Shown: positions 21,001 through 35,500 of the stretch, piece by piece
How positions within the stretch are numbered: the stretch's first letter is position 1
Layout: every line of letters starts with the position of its first letter
From: Octopus sinensis
Taxonomy: Eukaryota
Direction of reading: 5' to 3'
Assembly (NCBI RefSeq): GCF_006345805.1
Contig: NC_042999.1
Span: 100,564,001-100,628,000 of the forward strand
DNA: 64,000 bases
Position numbers and translations under genes: made by a program
The notes under the pieces: model-generated
The model's input: only the letters and a program-made list of their open reading frames with translations
Told to the model about the DNA's origin: nothing
Databases searched by the model: none

Positions 21001-24000
21001 CTTCAAAGGCTTTACTCTGCCTATTACTCCCACTTCCTCTTTACACACATAGACACGCAAACATATACATATATGACAGTGTCAATTGTTGAAAGAAAAT
21101 TGTAAGCTAAGAAAATTGTAAGCACCAGGTGGTGCTATTAAGTTAGACATGGCCTGGGCCAATAATGGCCGAAACCTATCAAAGTATCAAAGTATAACGT
21201 GTGTGTGTGTGTGTGTGTGAGACAGGGATGAGCCATTCATACTGGTCATCCTTTTTGCTAGAGGAAGATCCGCTATGGTCTTATATGCTACACCACTGGT
21301 TTTCAATTCATATTAATCAAATCAATATTCAATTTTTCACCCTTAATATGTGTGTGTGTATTAGCAATTCGTATAAAATTGCATCAAAGACTTGAACTTG
21401 AATAAGTGGCTTCACATAAATGGGGATAAATTAAAAAGGTTTGTTGTTAGTATTATTACTGTTTGACTATTGTAATCATGTTTGTTGGTTCCTCGCCAGG
21501 GAAACATTGTTGTGTTGCATTTGTTAAATAATTGTAAACCGTAACCCTCCCCCTTTCGGAGAAGGGGCTTTGGTTATTGTTTCAAAATTGAATTGTGTCC
21601 CTGTTTGGGGAAATTGACAATATTTTCACCGTCTTTACACATATATATATACACATATATACATGCATAATATATCTACCCATACACACACACGCACACA
21701 AACACACACACACATACATAGGGGCAGGTGTGGCTGTGTGGTAACAAACTACGTTCGAAGATACTGTACTTGATATGGGCGGTAGTGCCTTGCCGGTCTA
21801 TGGCCTACCTTCAACAAACCGGGAAGGCACAAACACTCTGTCTTCACATTTGCTGTGTGAGACATGTTTTAATGTTGATGAGCTTGCCGAGTACATAGCC
21901 AACAATGAGCCAAAGCTCCTTCCAGAACACAAGTTCACTTACAACTCCGTTGTTAATTCAATCCGAGCCAAAACTGGGAGGAATTTTTTCCTGGACGCTC
22001 CTGGGACACTGGGAAAACTTTTGTCAACAAATTAACATTGGCTGAGATTAGGCGAACACAAGGCATTGCCCTAGCTGTGGCATCATCTGGAATTGTGGCT
22101 ACTTTGTTGCCAGGCGGCAGGACAGCTCACTCTACTTTCAAGCTTCCGCTTCACTTAGCGAAGACTGAGACACCAACTTGCAACATCAATAACAGCTCCG
22201 ATCAGGCAGAAGTCTTCAAACGATGCAAGCTTATTGTTTGGGATGAATGCACGATGGCCCACAGATGTGCTCTTGAGGCACTAGATAGATCTCTCAGAGA
22301 CATCAAACACTCTTCAGCTCCCATGGGAGGCATAACACTTCTTCTTTCAGGGGACTTCCGACAAACACTTCCCGTTATTCCCAAAGGGACTAGAGCTGAT
22401 GCAGTAAGTGTGTGTCTTAAGTCATCCACATTGTGGCCACTGGTGAAGACTCTCAAACTTCACAACAATATGCGTGCTCAAATGCGACGTAATATCACAT
22501 TAGCAGCATTTTTTCACAACCTCCTTGCACTTGGCGAAGGCAAAATACCAGGGGATGAAAATGGTAATATTGCCATCGATTCCATTTGTACCATTGTCAA
22601 AATGCCTTCTGATCTCAGAGATGCAGTGTTCTCAGATCTACAAGCTAATTATTAGAATATGGATTGGATTGGCCAAAGGGCTATTCTGGCCCTGAGGAAT
22701 AAAACTGTTCACCATATTAATGATGAAATGCTAAAACTCATTCCTGGGGAAGTCTATGTATATAAGTCTATCGATACAACTCCTGACCCAGAGGACGTCA
22801 TCAACTATCCAATAGAGGTACTCAATTCCTTTGAGCACCCCAGACTACCACCACACATTCTCAAACTTAAAGTTGGTGCCCCTATAATGCTCATTAGAAA
22901 TTTGGTTCCCCCAAAACAATGCAATGGCACACGTTTGATCGTTAAGTCCTTATCTCACACCGTAAACTTATATCAATATTTGCCTGAATAATCATCAGAA
23001 TTCAGTGCAATCATTAACAGTACTTTCAAGCAATTCAGCCCCGAGCATCGCCGGGCAATTCTGCTAGTATTATATAAAATAATGTGTCAAAATGTTAGTG
23101 TTAAACCTCTGACCACATAGGCAGAAGTTAATATCTTGTTGTGCACTTCAGCAAGGCATCTGATACTGCTTGCCTGACGGAACTAAAATGAAACTAGCTC
23201 TCCTCCTCTTTCATGATTGACTGAGTGCTTAAAAAGGTATCAAAGTATAAAAATATACAAATATTTAGGGAGGAAAATAGATATGTTTGTTTTTTAATGA
23301 AAGAATTAGAACTATCAAAATGCTTTATTCACAAGAAGTACTTGTAAGACAAAAGAAAAATGAGCTGAAAGATAAAGAAAAGGAACCAATTTTCTGCCAC
23401 TATTAATTAAAATAATGGGTATTAGTACAAGTAAATTATAAAATAGACAAGTGTGAAGAATATCTAAATATTATAAGAATAAAATTATTTTTTCCATGAG
23501 AAATTGTTAGGAATAACCACAAGGAATAAATAAACATTTATCATATGCTCAACTACACATCCAGTGGAAGACCATTCTGTCTTTTTGTCTTTTGCAATGA
23601 CCATTCTGGGTTTTTTTTTCTTTGCCTTTTGCAATGACCATCCTGTTTTTTTATCTTTTGCAATGACAACCCTGTCTTTTTTGTCTCTCCAGGACTAAAG
23701 TGTATAATTAGTTAGAGATAAAATAGTTATATAAATAATTTATGAGACAACTAATTCACAATTTATGAATTCAAATCCACTGCAAACTTTCATTGTTTCT
23801 AAAAGACAGTACTATATAACAAGTACAATAGGAATAAGCACTATATTATCTGGGAATGCTACCAACAAAAGATGGACATCAACTCCAAGAAGAGATGTAT
23901 TTCTCATCCACATCAGAATATAAACTCAAAAGCCTTATATGTTTAAGAGATATTTATTTAAAAGGTTTATGCTTAGCTGAAATAAAAAGATAAAAAGGTG

Positions 24001-24043
24001 CCATTTTACTGGTTAATAGTTCACCTGCTATACCTCATGCAGC

Positions 24044-24102
<59 letters not shown>

Positions 24103-26564
24103 ATATACATCTTTTTCTCTTTTACTTGTTTCAGTCATTTGACTGCAGCCATGCTGGAGCACCACCTTTAGTCGAGCAAATTGACCCCAGGACTTATTCT
24201 TTGTAAGCCTAGTACTTATTCTATCGGTTTCTTTTGCTGACCCGCTAAGTTACGGGGATGTAAACACACTACCATCGGTTGTCAAGCGATGTTGGGGGAC
24301 AAACATAGGCACACAAACATATGTATACATGTGTTTTTAAATGTCTGCTAAGCCTTAAGTGCCTTTTTAAGGATCAGTACCCAAACTCCAATTATATAGT
24401 ATAAGACAGATGAGAAATAAATCTCTCCATGGATAGGATGCTAGGTTATATTCCCAAATGTCCTGCTACTTATTTCCAACAGCTATGTGAGTAGAAGCAA
24501 TGGTCAACTATCTGAACAATAGTAAAGTGAACTGTAAGAATTATCTCTTAATTGAATTGAAGTAACACCACTAGCAAATTTAACACATAACCTGCTGAAT
24601 ATTGTCAATAACACTCAGTCAATAACAACAACGTTTTGTCAATAATTACTGTCAATAACACTCACTTTTATTATGTTTAGAATAGCACTAGCACTGTATA
24701 AAAGGCAAGTTTTCTAACAAACTGACAGTTTTGTGCTGAAACCTTTCCAACATTAATTTACATGTGGAGAAGATTAGATTCTACCAAGCAAGGTTTCTTT
24801 AGATATTCTACATAATGACATTTTCAATGGTTCAGATAACCATGATTAATTAGTATATTGTACATGCTGAATAATAAATTCAAATTGTGGATTTTCACTT
24901 TTGTACTATAAGAAATACGAGTAAAAATAAACAAACGATTACCATGTATTGAGGAAAATATATTGATTCATTGCGATTACCAATGTGTCTTTCTTTGTAG
25001 ACTTTCATCTCAACTGGAAATAGGAGAAAAAAACAGCTATTAATATGTATTAAGATATTATCATCATCATCACTATTATTATTTTTATTGAGCTGAAACA
25101 AAAGCAGCAAGCTGGAAGAGTCCTTAGAGACTAAAAAAGAACAAAAACAAAATGCCTTGTGTTGCTTATTCCAACTCTTTATACTCTGAGCCCAACTCCT
25201 GCCAAGGTCAAATTTACTTTGCATCACTTTCGTTCATTAAATAATACACCAGTCAAGTTGTGGTGGTGGTGGTGGTGGTGGTGTCAATGTAATTGACTGC
25301 CCCACTCTAGCCCTCAGAAGCACTAGCCTTGTGCCTAAATTAAAAACATTGATATTATTATTATTTACTTTTAATCTGCATGCTTGTTACAATCACTTGC
25401 CAAGATACACCCACCGTCCTAGAGCGAGTGAAGGATAAGAGATGTTAGAGTATGACTGAAAGTTTGGGGAGGGGTAGTGGCAGGGGAAGTAGCAAAATAT
25501 CTTCATGTAATACAACACAGACATTTAAATTGATAGGGTTTTTCTAAGGATTTGGGCAGTATTTGTCAGCACAATCTTGATATCAAATCACTCGACTGTT
25601 AGTTAATCATCATCATCATTTAACATCCACGTTCCATGCTGGCATGGGTTGGATGGTTTGACAGGATCCAAAAGGATTTAAGGACTGCATCATGCTCCAT
25701 TGTCTGTTTTAGCATGATTTCTATGGCTGGATACCCTTCTTATGCCAACCACTTTATATTTCGATGCTTTTTTCATGCCACCAGCAATACCAAGGTTGCA
25801 ATGCAGCTCACAGGATGATGAATCCTGGAGTGGGGGTGGAGGTGGCTCAGTTACAAATTCATACTTTTGTGTGGCTATAAGAAATCACTGTTATTACTAA
25901 GAATAAACAAAGAGTGGAAAAAGGTAAATGTTCAACATGGCAGGAGAGATATGGCAAATATTTTCAATGATGGAGAAAATGTATATCTGGCAGATACTCT
26001 TTTACTTGTTTCAGTCATTTGACTGCGGCTATGCTGGAGCACCACCTTTAGCTGAGCAAATTGACCCCAGGACTTATTCTTTGTAAGCCGAGCGGTCTCT
26101 TTTGCCGAACCGCTAAGTTACAGGGATGTAAACACACCAGCATCGGTTGCCAAGCAATTTTGGGGGGACAAACACACACACATATATATACATATACATA
26201 CATACGACAGGTTTCTTTCAGTTTCCGCCTATCATATCCACTCACAAGGCTTTGGTCGGCCCGAGGCTACAGTAGATGACACTTGCCCAAGGTGCAGTGG
26301 AATTGAACCTGGAACCATGTGGTTGGTAAGCAAGCTACTTACCACACAGCCACTCCTGCGCCTGTTGATGTTCACAGAAGAAATACCAGGGAGCTTAAAA
26401 TATTATACTTAAATGATTTGATTTATGAATTACTGTTAACAGTTCAACAGGATATGATGAGTCACAGGACTGTATATCAAGCTGACACTGAAGTTCAACA
26501 CAGTCCTCATAAACATTGGATCCAATTGAACCAGCCTACCTATGCCAGCATAGAAGATGGACAT

Positions 26565-26598
<34 letters not shown>

Positions 26599-29500
26599 CT
26601 GGTAGTGGATAGAAGACAGCATAAAATTTGGATAAAAAATATTTAACAGAAGTTTTTTTCTTAATAAAGAAGAAAAAATTGCTGGAAACAATTCAACTTA
26701 TTCAACTCATGCCAAAACTGTAAAATTAATATGGAACCATAGATAATGTAGATGGTGTAATAAAATATGAAACTAGAGATGTGTTGTGACTTAAGTAAAT
26801 GAGAAAAAGTGTTTTATATACTCAGTTTATTTTTTGCCAAATCAGTCCAAAAATAGAGAAGAGAAAAATTTAATCTGTTGAAAAAACAAGTCTAATCTAC
26901 TTACACTTGTAATCATTTGCAAATCCACTGAGATTTTCGACAAACAGCATAATGACTTTCTTTGCTAATTCTGCACTCACTGTCTGAGCAACTTGCAACT
27001 ACACCAAATAAAATACAAAGAGGAACTTTTAAACAAAGTTTATAGAAAATGAACAAAGTTACACAACCCTTTTCCATTTGTGTGTGTGTGTGTGGGGACG
27101 ACGACTATATTCTGTTTTTCTATTTTCAAAAGAGCAGTGTATTTTCATACTTGTTTTGAGAGTAAATTTCAACTTTATTGTGGCTGTGAGTATATTTTAA
27201 TTCAAAACTTAGCAAATGAAATTTTCCCTATCAGATATTTTTAAAGCAGATACTATCAAAGAATAATTGCAGAATGAGCTATTTAACATCATATGGCTGG
27301 AATATCCTACAAGTGAAATCAAAATAATTCTAAATGAAATAAGTATTTAGTATCTACAGAATGTCCATAAATTACCTTTATAATTTTAAAAATTAAGAAA
27401 AAATTTTAAAATAAGGATAACTCAGCAGAGTTTATTGAAAAACAGAAGCAAACAAATTATATCTTTAATAAATAATATTTAACATTCAAAGAAATTGAAT
27501 GATGGATCTCAACTTTTATAGATATAATAAATTGTGGATGTTGTAAAGATAATTTATGGACACTGAGTATTTTAAAATCTGCCTTTTATTTAAACAAGAA
27601 AGACAAAATTAATCTGTTCAGAAAATGATAAGACTTGTTCCTTCAAGAAACTTGCTAACTCAACTTACATTCTGATCAACCATCTCAAAAATAATAAGTG
27701 TCATTGGTGTACTGTAGTATTTATCTTTATCTTGCTCAGGTAACTCTTCTTTGAACCAGTCCTACAAATTAGGAATACATACATATTAATAAACATCAAA
27801 ATGCTTGCTTTATGATAGAAAAATACATAGCATAAACATTTTAAATACAGATGTACAAATATCTTCACAAAATACAGGAGGTTATGAAGCCATAGGGTAG
27901 GTTTGAATGCACTGCATAACATCTTCAAAATATTTGGTACCTAAATTAAATGAAGCATGGAAGATTGGTTATTGTGCCAAGAGATAACAAAGTACCCACA
28001 GCAGATGTGAACTCATGGTCCACAATATTATGGACATTAGGTGTTCTATCATGTCATTTCTGCTCATCATCATCATCTTTTCATGCCAACATGGGTTGAA
28101 CAGGTTGTCATGGATCAAATGAATTCTGATTTAAAGTTACTGTTCTCCTATATGGATTGGAAACAATAACTTATTCATATATTCCACTTCTGGGATAGTT
28201 TCTACAGCTTAATGCCCTTTCTACTGCCTACTACTTCACAAAGTTTAAAGGGTGAATTTTATTGTCCACTGGAAAATGTATTATGTCCTTGACAAGACTA
28301 AAGCATCCCCTATACCAGCCACTTTACAGAATATTCTGGGTGCTTTTATCATAGCACCAGCACTGCATAGTTATTTTACCCCAGCAAGACTAAAGAGTTC
28401 TCCCTATGTTGTCATCATTCATTTTCCAAAACACTTTACTCTTGACATAAAACCTGCAAATGCTCAACATGCAAATGTTATTTTTAAATATGTTTTCACT
28501 GCCAGCTCGATAACCAGTAGTTACTGTGCACTTACAGTCATTAAGAAGTCAAATCAGAAATTAGGAACAGAAATAATTTAAACATGAAGAAGAAGATTTG
28601 GTGTAATGGAATGAGGTTTTTAAATAGCAATATTTATCTAAAACCTAAGAATACATACAAAAATAAAATAGCAGTCTAAAAAATTAGCTGGGAATCATGC
28701 TGTCTCCTTTTTCTTTACCTTTTCTACTACAGTATGTAGTATATATGGAGGTGCATGGCTTAGTGGTTGGATGTTTTACTCTTGACCATAAGACTGGTTT
28801 CAATTTCTGAGCCAGGTGATGCACTGTGTTCATGAGCAAAATACTTCACTTCATGCTGCTCCAGTTCACTTGGCTAGCAAAAATGAGTGACTAACTGACA
28901 TCCCATCCAGTAAGGGAATATATACACCACAGAATCAAAGAAAACAGCCTTATGATCCAATGGCTTGGAAAGAAGTTTTGAGAAATAGTATAGGAGCTAA
29001 CTGGTCTTGTGTCACTTCCACTCAAGTACTCCCAACTCATTCATCTCTCTTCTTCCTTTCATCAACCATATTGTGTTTACCATCAAGGTTCATGCATTAA
29101 CCACTGTAGTGCATTACTGTACTTGAGAAGACCTGCCCACCACAACAGAACTGACATCCTAAAACCAACAACAATTATGAGATATGAAATAAATGTTATA
29201 TGGAAAATTTTTCCATGAAAGAAATAGACATGATCAAGAGCAATTTACTTTTTCATCACTTTTCAAGGCATTGTGAGTCCATTCTATAATATCTTTCCTT
29301 TTATTCTTTAAAAATCTGAAAAGAAATAACAGGATATTTGTATAATTATAATACAAATTACACTTTCTTCCTTAATTCCTTCAAGAATATATAAGACCAA
29401 TAATATTATATTATAATCTTTTTCCTATTGCTTAATGTCTAGCATCTAAATTTATAACAAATCTCTCAACCAGAAACTCAATTTTTCTTTGACAAGAATT

Positions 29501-32500
29501 AAATTCAAGTTGATGAGATTAAATTTATATGCTCTTATTGTTATATTAATGTAAACGTTCATTCTTTTGTTTTAAGCTTGATTTTTTGTATTGGTATTAC
29601 CTGAAGGCAATATTCTTATGATCTGATGTTCTTTCAGACGCCTGTCTCTTCCTGCCTTACAAATAAATGAGTTTTTATTCCACTATTTTGAGAATGCAGA
29701 AAGCTACAGGACATAATATTCACTGAGATTGTAAATATGATGTCACTGATTTTTCACTCAGGTAATCTCATGCAAAGAGCAGAAACGATAACTTACACAC
29801 ACACACACGACAAGCTTCCAAACAGTTTCCATAAACTAACTTCACTCACAAGGCATTAGTAGGTCCAAGGCAACAGAAGAACATACATATCCAAAGTGCT
29901 ACACTGATAATAAAAGCAAAATTAGGTCAACTGCACTTAGTCCATTAACTGCCCAGACACTTATTTTTCATATGATAAAAAATAAATAATAAAAAACTTA
30001 CTCATCTTGTAACATTTCAACCACATCATTTTCCAAGAGTGGCCCAAGGTCTTTGGTATCAAAATTTAATTCTGGGTTTTTCATAAGCTCTGGGGAACTG
30101 AAAGTATTTGACATTAAACATTTGTTTATTTATAGTTTTGATAAGAAAATTCAATAGCTAAAAATATATCTAAAATCATTCAGAAAAAGTTAGCCTATAT
30201 CCAATCTTATCTTGTACACTGATTACTAGTTAATATGAAAATAAAAATGTATTTCTGATTATTAAATAAAATACATGTTTAAATTCTATCAAATCGGTCT
30301 CTTATGCCTAGAAAAATGCAGCCACCTCATGAACTAACAACACTAACAACCTTGTGTATGAGTGTTTGATTTTGTTTATACACCTTGAGCTGCTTCTAAT
30401 TCATATTTGACTTATTTCTGTGGCATGAAACATTGGGACATGCCAGAAGATGGTTTTTAAACAATTTAGCATAAAGTCATAGTCAGTGACATAGCTTTCA
30501 GCAGGCCTTGTTTGGTATGAGGCATTAATAAGTTACAACAATGACAAAACATTGATGTCTGTCGCTCTGAAAAGGGACCTGATGTGAGTTGTCTTGCTTG
30601 CCTATGGCTTTCTTTCAGGAGTTAACACCAGGAGCTTTGAGAATATATTCTCTTACACTTAAAAAGATGAAGGCAATCCACAAACTAGTAACACACACAC
30701 ACCTTGTGTATGTGTGTTCGATTCTGATTATAATTGGTTTTATGTCTAATTACAGTAATTGTTAATGTACATGCAGGCTTCTATCAAAGACAGATTCCAA
30801 AATTACCAGGACTGATTATAAAAGCTAAGTTGAATTAAGGATTTCTATTTCACAACTAGTGCTTATGATAATTCCAAGTTTTATAAAAATTTATGAGATA
30901 TTTCAAGCTTCAAATGTCATCTCATATTGCCATCTACAAAGAATATGTTAAATCATAAGTTCATTTCCCAAAATGTAGACAGCTAAATCAATAGGATATT
31001 AATATGTTAGAGGTTTATATTCTAGTAGCTGCAATTTTGTATTTGTGGCATAGACATTTAACTCTTAACTGCCAAATATGCCAAGCTAAATTGATACTAC
31101 AGGGAGATACACTCTAGAACACAATAGGGTAAAATGTGAAGATTGTTAGAGAGGATAAGACACTGAACTACTTGTTTGTAGATTCAACTCCACAACAGCA
31201 ATTGCTTTGTATTTCTAAATAAAACATTTCATTCTCCATTAAGTCAGTTCACCAAACTGTCAAGAATGTAGGCACCAGATCATTAGGAAATGATACCTGT
31301 GAGAGATCAGGACTTTATCTAGTGGCAGACACATCTTTCCAATGCTTCACAAAAGAAAAAAAAACACAAAAGAGTTAAGTACCAACTCTTAAAATTATTG
31401 TAAGGCAGCAGTACTTAATTTATGAGTCTTAGTATAAAAATAAAAAAGTCATAAAGTTAAACTCTTTAACTTTTGAAATATCTGATAAAATATTCATGAA
31501 TATGTTATACCATAAGTGCCATGACATAACATTTTCTGCAAACAAAAACTGAGGAATATTTTCCCCCGCAAAAATATAAAACGTTATTTACCTCCATTGG
31601 ACTGTATTGAAAAAAAAAAAAAGAGTAACAAAAGATTATTGATTTGACAGAATGAATTGCAATGGTAACAGGTTGAGAACCACTAGTTTACAGCTTAGGA
31701 GCTATCTGGTAAGTGAATTCTTCAGAACAATATAGTAGTAACCGAAAGAGAGGCCTCATTTCAGAAATGAAAATGTTACCCAGTATAATCTGCATTAAGG
31801 CTTTCTAAAGTATTAACATCAGTTAAATTTTTAAAAAGAAACCTTGGCTTAAAAGGAAGTTCCTTTGATAAGGTTTTTTTACGAGAAGCAGAAATGGTGA
31901 ATTCAAGAAGTGAAATAAAGTTACACAGAAATAATTATGAACAGAGAATAAGACTTACTCATAGCTGTTTAACCATGTAAGTAATGTAATGAACTCATTT
32001 CCTTCTAATTGCTGCTGGATAAGATCTTTCAACTGGAATAATTAAATTAAATATAAAAAAAACAACAGTATATTGAAATATTAGATTAGACAAGATGGCA
32101 ATGAAAAGATACCAAATTAAAATAGTAATTGTTTCATTGATAATACAAAATTCTAGATCAATTCATTAAGGACAAGTTATGAAACTCTCATCCAATTCAA
32201 CAACTAACTTTTTCCTCAATTAGGCAATTGGAATGCTAGTATTAGCCAAAATACAAATTCTGATGGTGGATTGCACATCCATACATCCATATTGTCATCC
32301 AATTTTTTCTAATCTAATATATATTTTTGAAATGTCCTGTATAAAATCACTTATTACATGGTCTTAATAAGCTACAATTGAAAGCAAACATATAAATGAA
32401 ATTTTGTAATATCTTAACTCCTCTGAGTAATGTGTTTAGAGGTGTGCATATAAACAGAAAAGTCTAAGAGAAAATATTTAAAATCCTCAAGTGATAGAAT

Positions 32501-35500
32501 AAACAGTCATGAAAGTCAAACATTTTCATCTGACACAAGAATTTTACAGCTGTGTATATAGCTTTTCTAAAGCAACACTAATGAACTAAGGCTAATAGAA
32601 TGTTTACTTCAATATTTTTCTTAGGTTGCATTACAAAACTTTAACTAACAAATAGTTTCTGAGGCCTCTACTGGTCACAGTTGACCATGTAACTGCACAG
32701 ACCTGGGTAAGGTGTTTTTCCTTCCCTCTCCACAAAACAAATGTTGTCCAAGGGAAAGCCTGCAGCCTTAGGGCCAATACAGCTTCACACCAGTGTTGTT
32801 ACAGACATTGCTGACAGAATACAAAGGGCCAGAACAGAGACCATCAGACATTACATCTTACATTCTAACAATTCCTCTAATTCACTTCCCTGGATTGGTA
32901 ATTTTTTATCAACCCTGAAAGGATGAAAGGCAAAATTGACTTTTGCCATATTTGAACTCAAAGCATAGTAAGTCAGAACAAATGCTGTGGCGTACTCTAT
33001 CCAATGCTTCAATGACTACTAGCTTGCTGCTTCAACAGGTAGGTTATAAGCAATGGAAAAATGTGTTGACTTGTAAATCATAATTTTTAGGTAAGTATAA
33101 CATTCAAAAGTTGAAGTAAAATAAATTCTTAAAACTTACATGATCTGATAAACATTTATGGTACATTTCAACATAAAGCTTTACAATGTTATATTCTTCA
33201 GGAAAAATTGGAGGGAAAAGTGTCTGAAAAATGAAAAATATGAAGGTATTGATTTTTTAAATAATAAAACAACTGAAGTCCAAGAAGAGAATTTTCTTTA
33301 GCCAAGGATATAAATTAATTTTGCTTTTGTAAACTTTACCATCAACTAAGGGTGAAATTTCATAATGTCTTTTGTTGATTAAATGAGATAATTTACTGAA
33401 CCTCTAAAACTTCACCACAAGAATGTAGATATTTTTGCAACAACTATCCAATATATCAAAATATTCCAGTTCTTTGCAACCATTAATAAACTTTGCAATA
33501 CATTCTCATACAAGATATTATATTAGATTAATAACATTAATAATATATATATGAAATGAAAAAAAAAAACCCACAATAGTTCTGAATTACTAGTCATCTC
33601 TTTTCTTCACTTTCTTCACATGAAGGTAGCATGAATCCTTAAGTAGAATAATAATTTCAAGTATTTGGAATATGCCAAATCTGCTTCGGCCATAATTATC
33701 ATATTTATACCTTTCTGTTATATAGAATGGAAAGCTATATTAATACAGTTTAATAAAGAAGCAAATCAGTCTTCTTATTGCACTACATCATCAATTTCCA
33801 ACAACTGCATTGAATAAAAAAGTTGTTTTCTAATTTTTTTTTTTTTTTTAAATTTGTAAACCCTTTGAAATAAATATTGATTAAATAACATGAATTGCAC
33901 TTCCGAATTAATTAAATGCTAAAGAGAAATCATTATTAGGATTATCACTAGTATATTGTTTTGAAGCTAAAATCTTTATTTCAAAGATTATTGAATGAAA
34001 CTGTCATCTAACTTAGTAGCATGGGCCATTACTTAGCTTGGTTTCATAAATCTCCCGTTGGATAGGAAGCCACTTTATAACAGCTTATATTTCCAATTGA
34101 CTTGATATCTATTCTTGACAGATAGGTAAACTGAGAACTGAGGTAATGTAGAATAAAGTATTTTCCCCATAAATACAACAAAAAACCTGCTAGGGATTTG
34201 AATTCATCATCCATTTGAACTCAAATCTACTTGACTATTTCACTTCTTATTAGATCACTGACAATCAACTAAAGTCTGTCTTGAAGTGGTGTATCAAGAG
34301 TAAGTGAGCCTAACAGAACACATATTTCTCTCCTTGTTATTGGCAAAGGCTAGATCTGTAGGCATGAGATATATATCTCTTGGAATTTGACTCAGTCACA
34401 GAATTAACTCACTTGGAGTTTACCATAACTCTACATTAAAAGTTTTGCTATTTCCTATTATTTTTGACAATACTTAGCATTTTGAGAAAAGGATTATCAA
34501 GAACAAAGAATATCTTTAATAATGAAGCACTATTGTATTGCTGAGGACAGGATCTCTTACTTTACAAGTACCATATTCTAAAGAATATAAAGACATCTGA
34601 GTTAATTGGGATGAATCAGAGAATAATATGTATAAAGAGCAAGTTAAATGAAACATTTTAACCAGGAATCAAAGCTACATAGCAAACTGCTTTCCATGAG
34701 CTTCTCCCTATCATATAACATTTGTATATTTAATTCTTCGGTTATAAGCTGTAAGAAAAATATTAAGTATGAGATACAAATAATGTCTTTTGTCTCTCTC
34801 TTCTTCTTGGGTGAAAATACTTTTTAGGTTACAGAATAATTACATAGCAGGCATGAAATAGAATATAATATACAACCTTAACAACTCTGAAATCTTCTAT
34901 CATGAGTTTTCTGGTAATTTCCAAATGGCGTACGAGCCACATTTTATTATCTGAACGGTCTTCCAGCTGGTTGCATTCAATTCTGAAAATATAATTGCAA
35001 CAATTAACAACCATAAAACTAATACATATTTGAAAAGGGTAAGATTTTATATGGGATTCTTGCAAGTGAATGTCTTTAAAAATAAAAATATGAAAGTATA
35101 AATTAAATAGCTAATATTTTTGATTGAAACAACAAAGAGAAATCGGTTCAGTAACAGAACTTGGATAATTATCTGTTGTTTTCCAAGTGATTGTGTTACC
35201 GATTACACTACTAGCAGGTGCTCTGTTTGTAGTACAATTACAAAGCTATAAGGTCCAAATCATCAAAATAATAATTCTGAAAACCAGTATCATCTTGACA
35301 AAAAGTATGTTACAGAAAATAAAAAATTTTTATCACACACTTTGACAACTGTAGGTTCTTTGAAATTCAGATGTGGAAATGTAAAGGAAATTGTGATATT
35401 GATTCCTTTCCCAAAGGTATTAACAACATCATTAAGATAAAATAGTTGACTAGCAGTTAAAGTAGGATCACAAATTCAGTTTGCTGAAAGTTTGCTCATG

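Noticed and set aside
21775-22991. Cellular PIF1 helicase gene
   Set aside because: Intronless, frameshifted, stop-containing, inside an EXOC3 intron on the opposite strand and followed by hairpin-CTAG: a Helitron.
26290-26362. tRNA genes
   Set aside because: tRNA-like heads continue into SINE core and tail sequence and do not form complete cloverleaves; the same holds for other SINE heads (e.g. 38480-38551, 61113-61180).
29601-29655. Possible alternative EXOC3 exon ([18 protein letters not shown]) with a good donor
   Set aside because: Weak AAG acceptor, 55-nt length would shift the frame, and exons 12 and 13 already join in phase.
31400-31690. hAT/Charlie MITE suggested by GGTTGAGAACCACTAG near 31670-31685
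   Set aside because: Only one terminus is recognisable; no matching left TIR or 8-bp TSD found.
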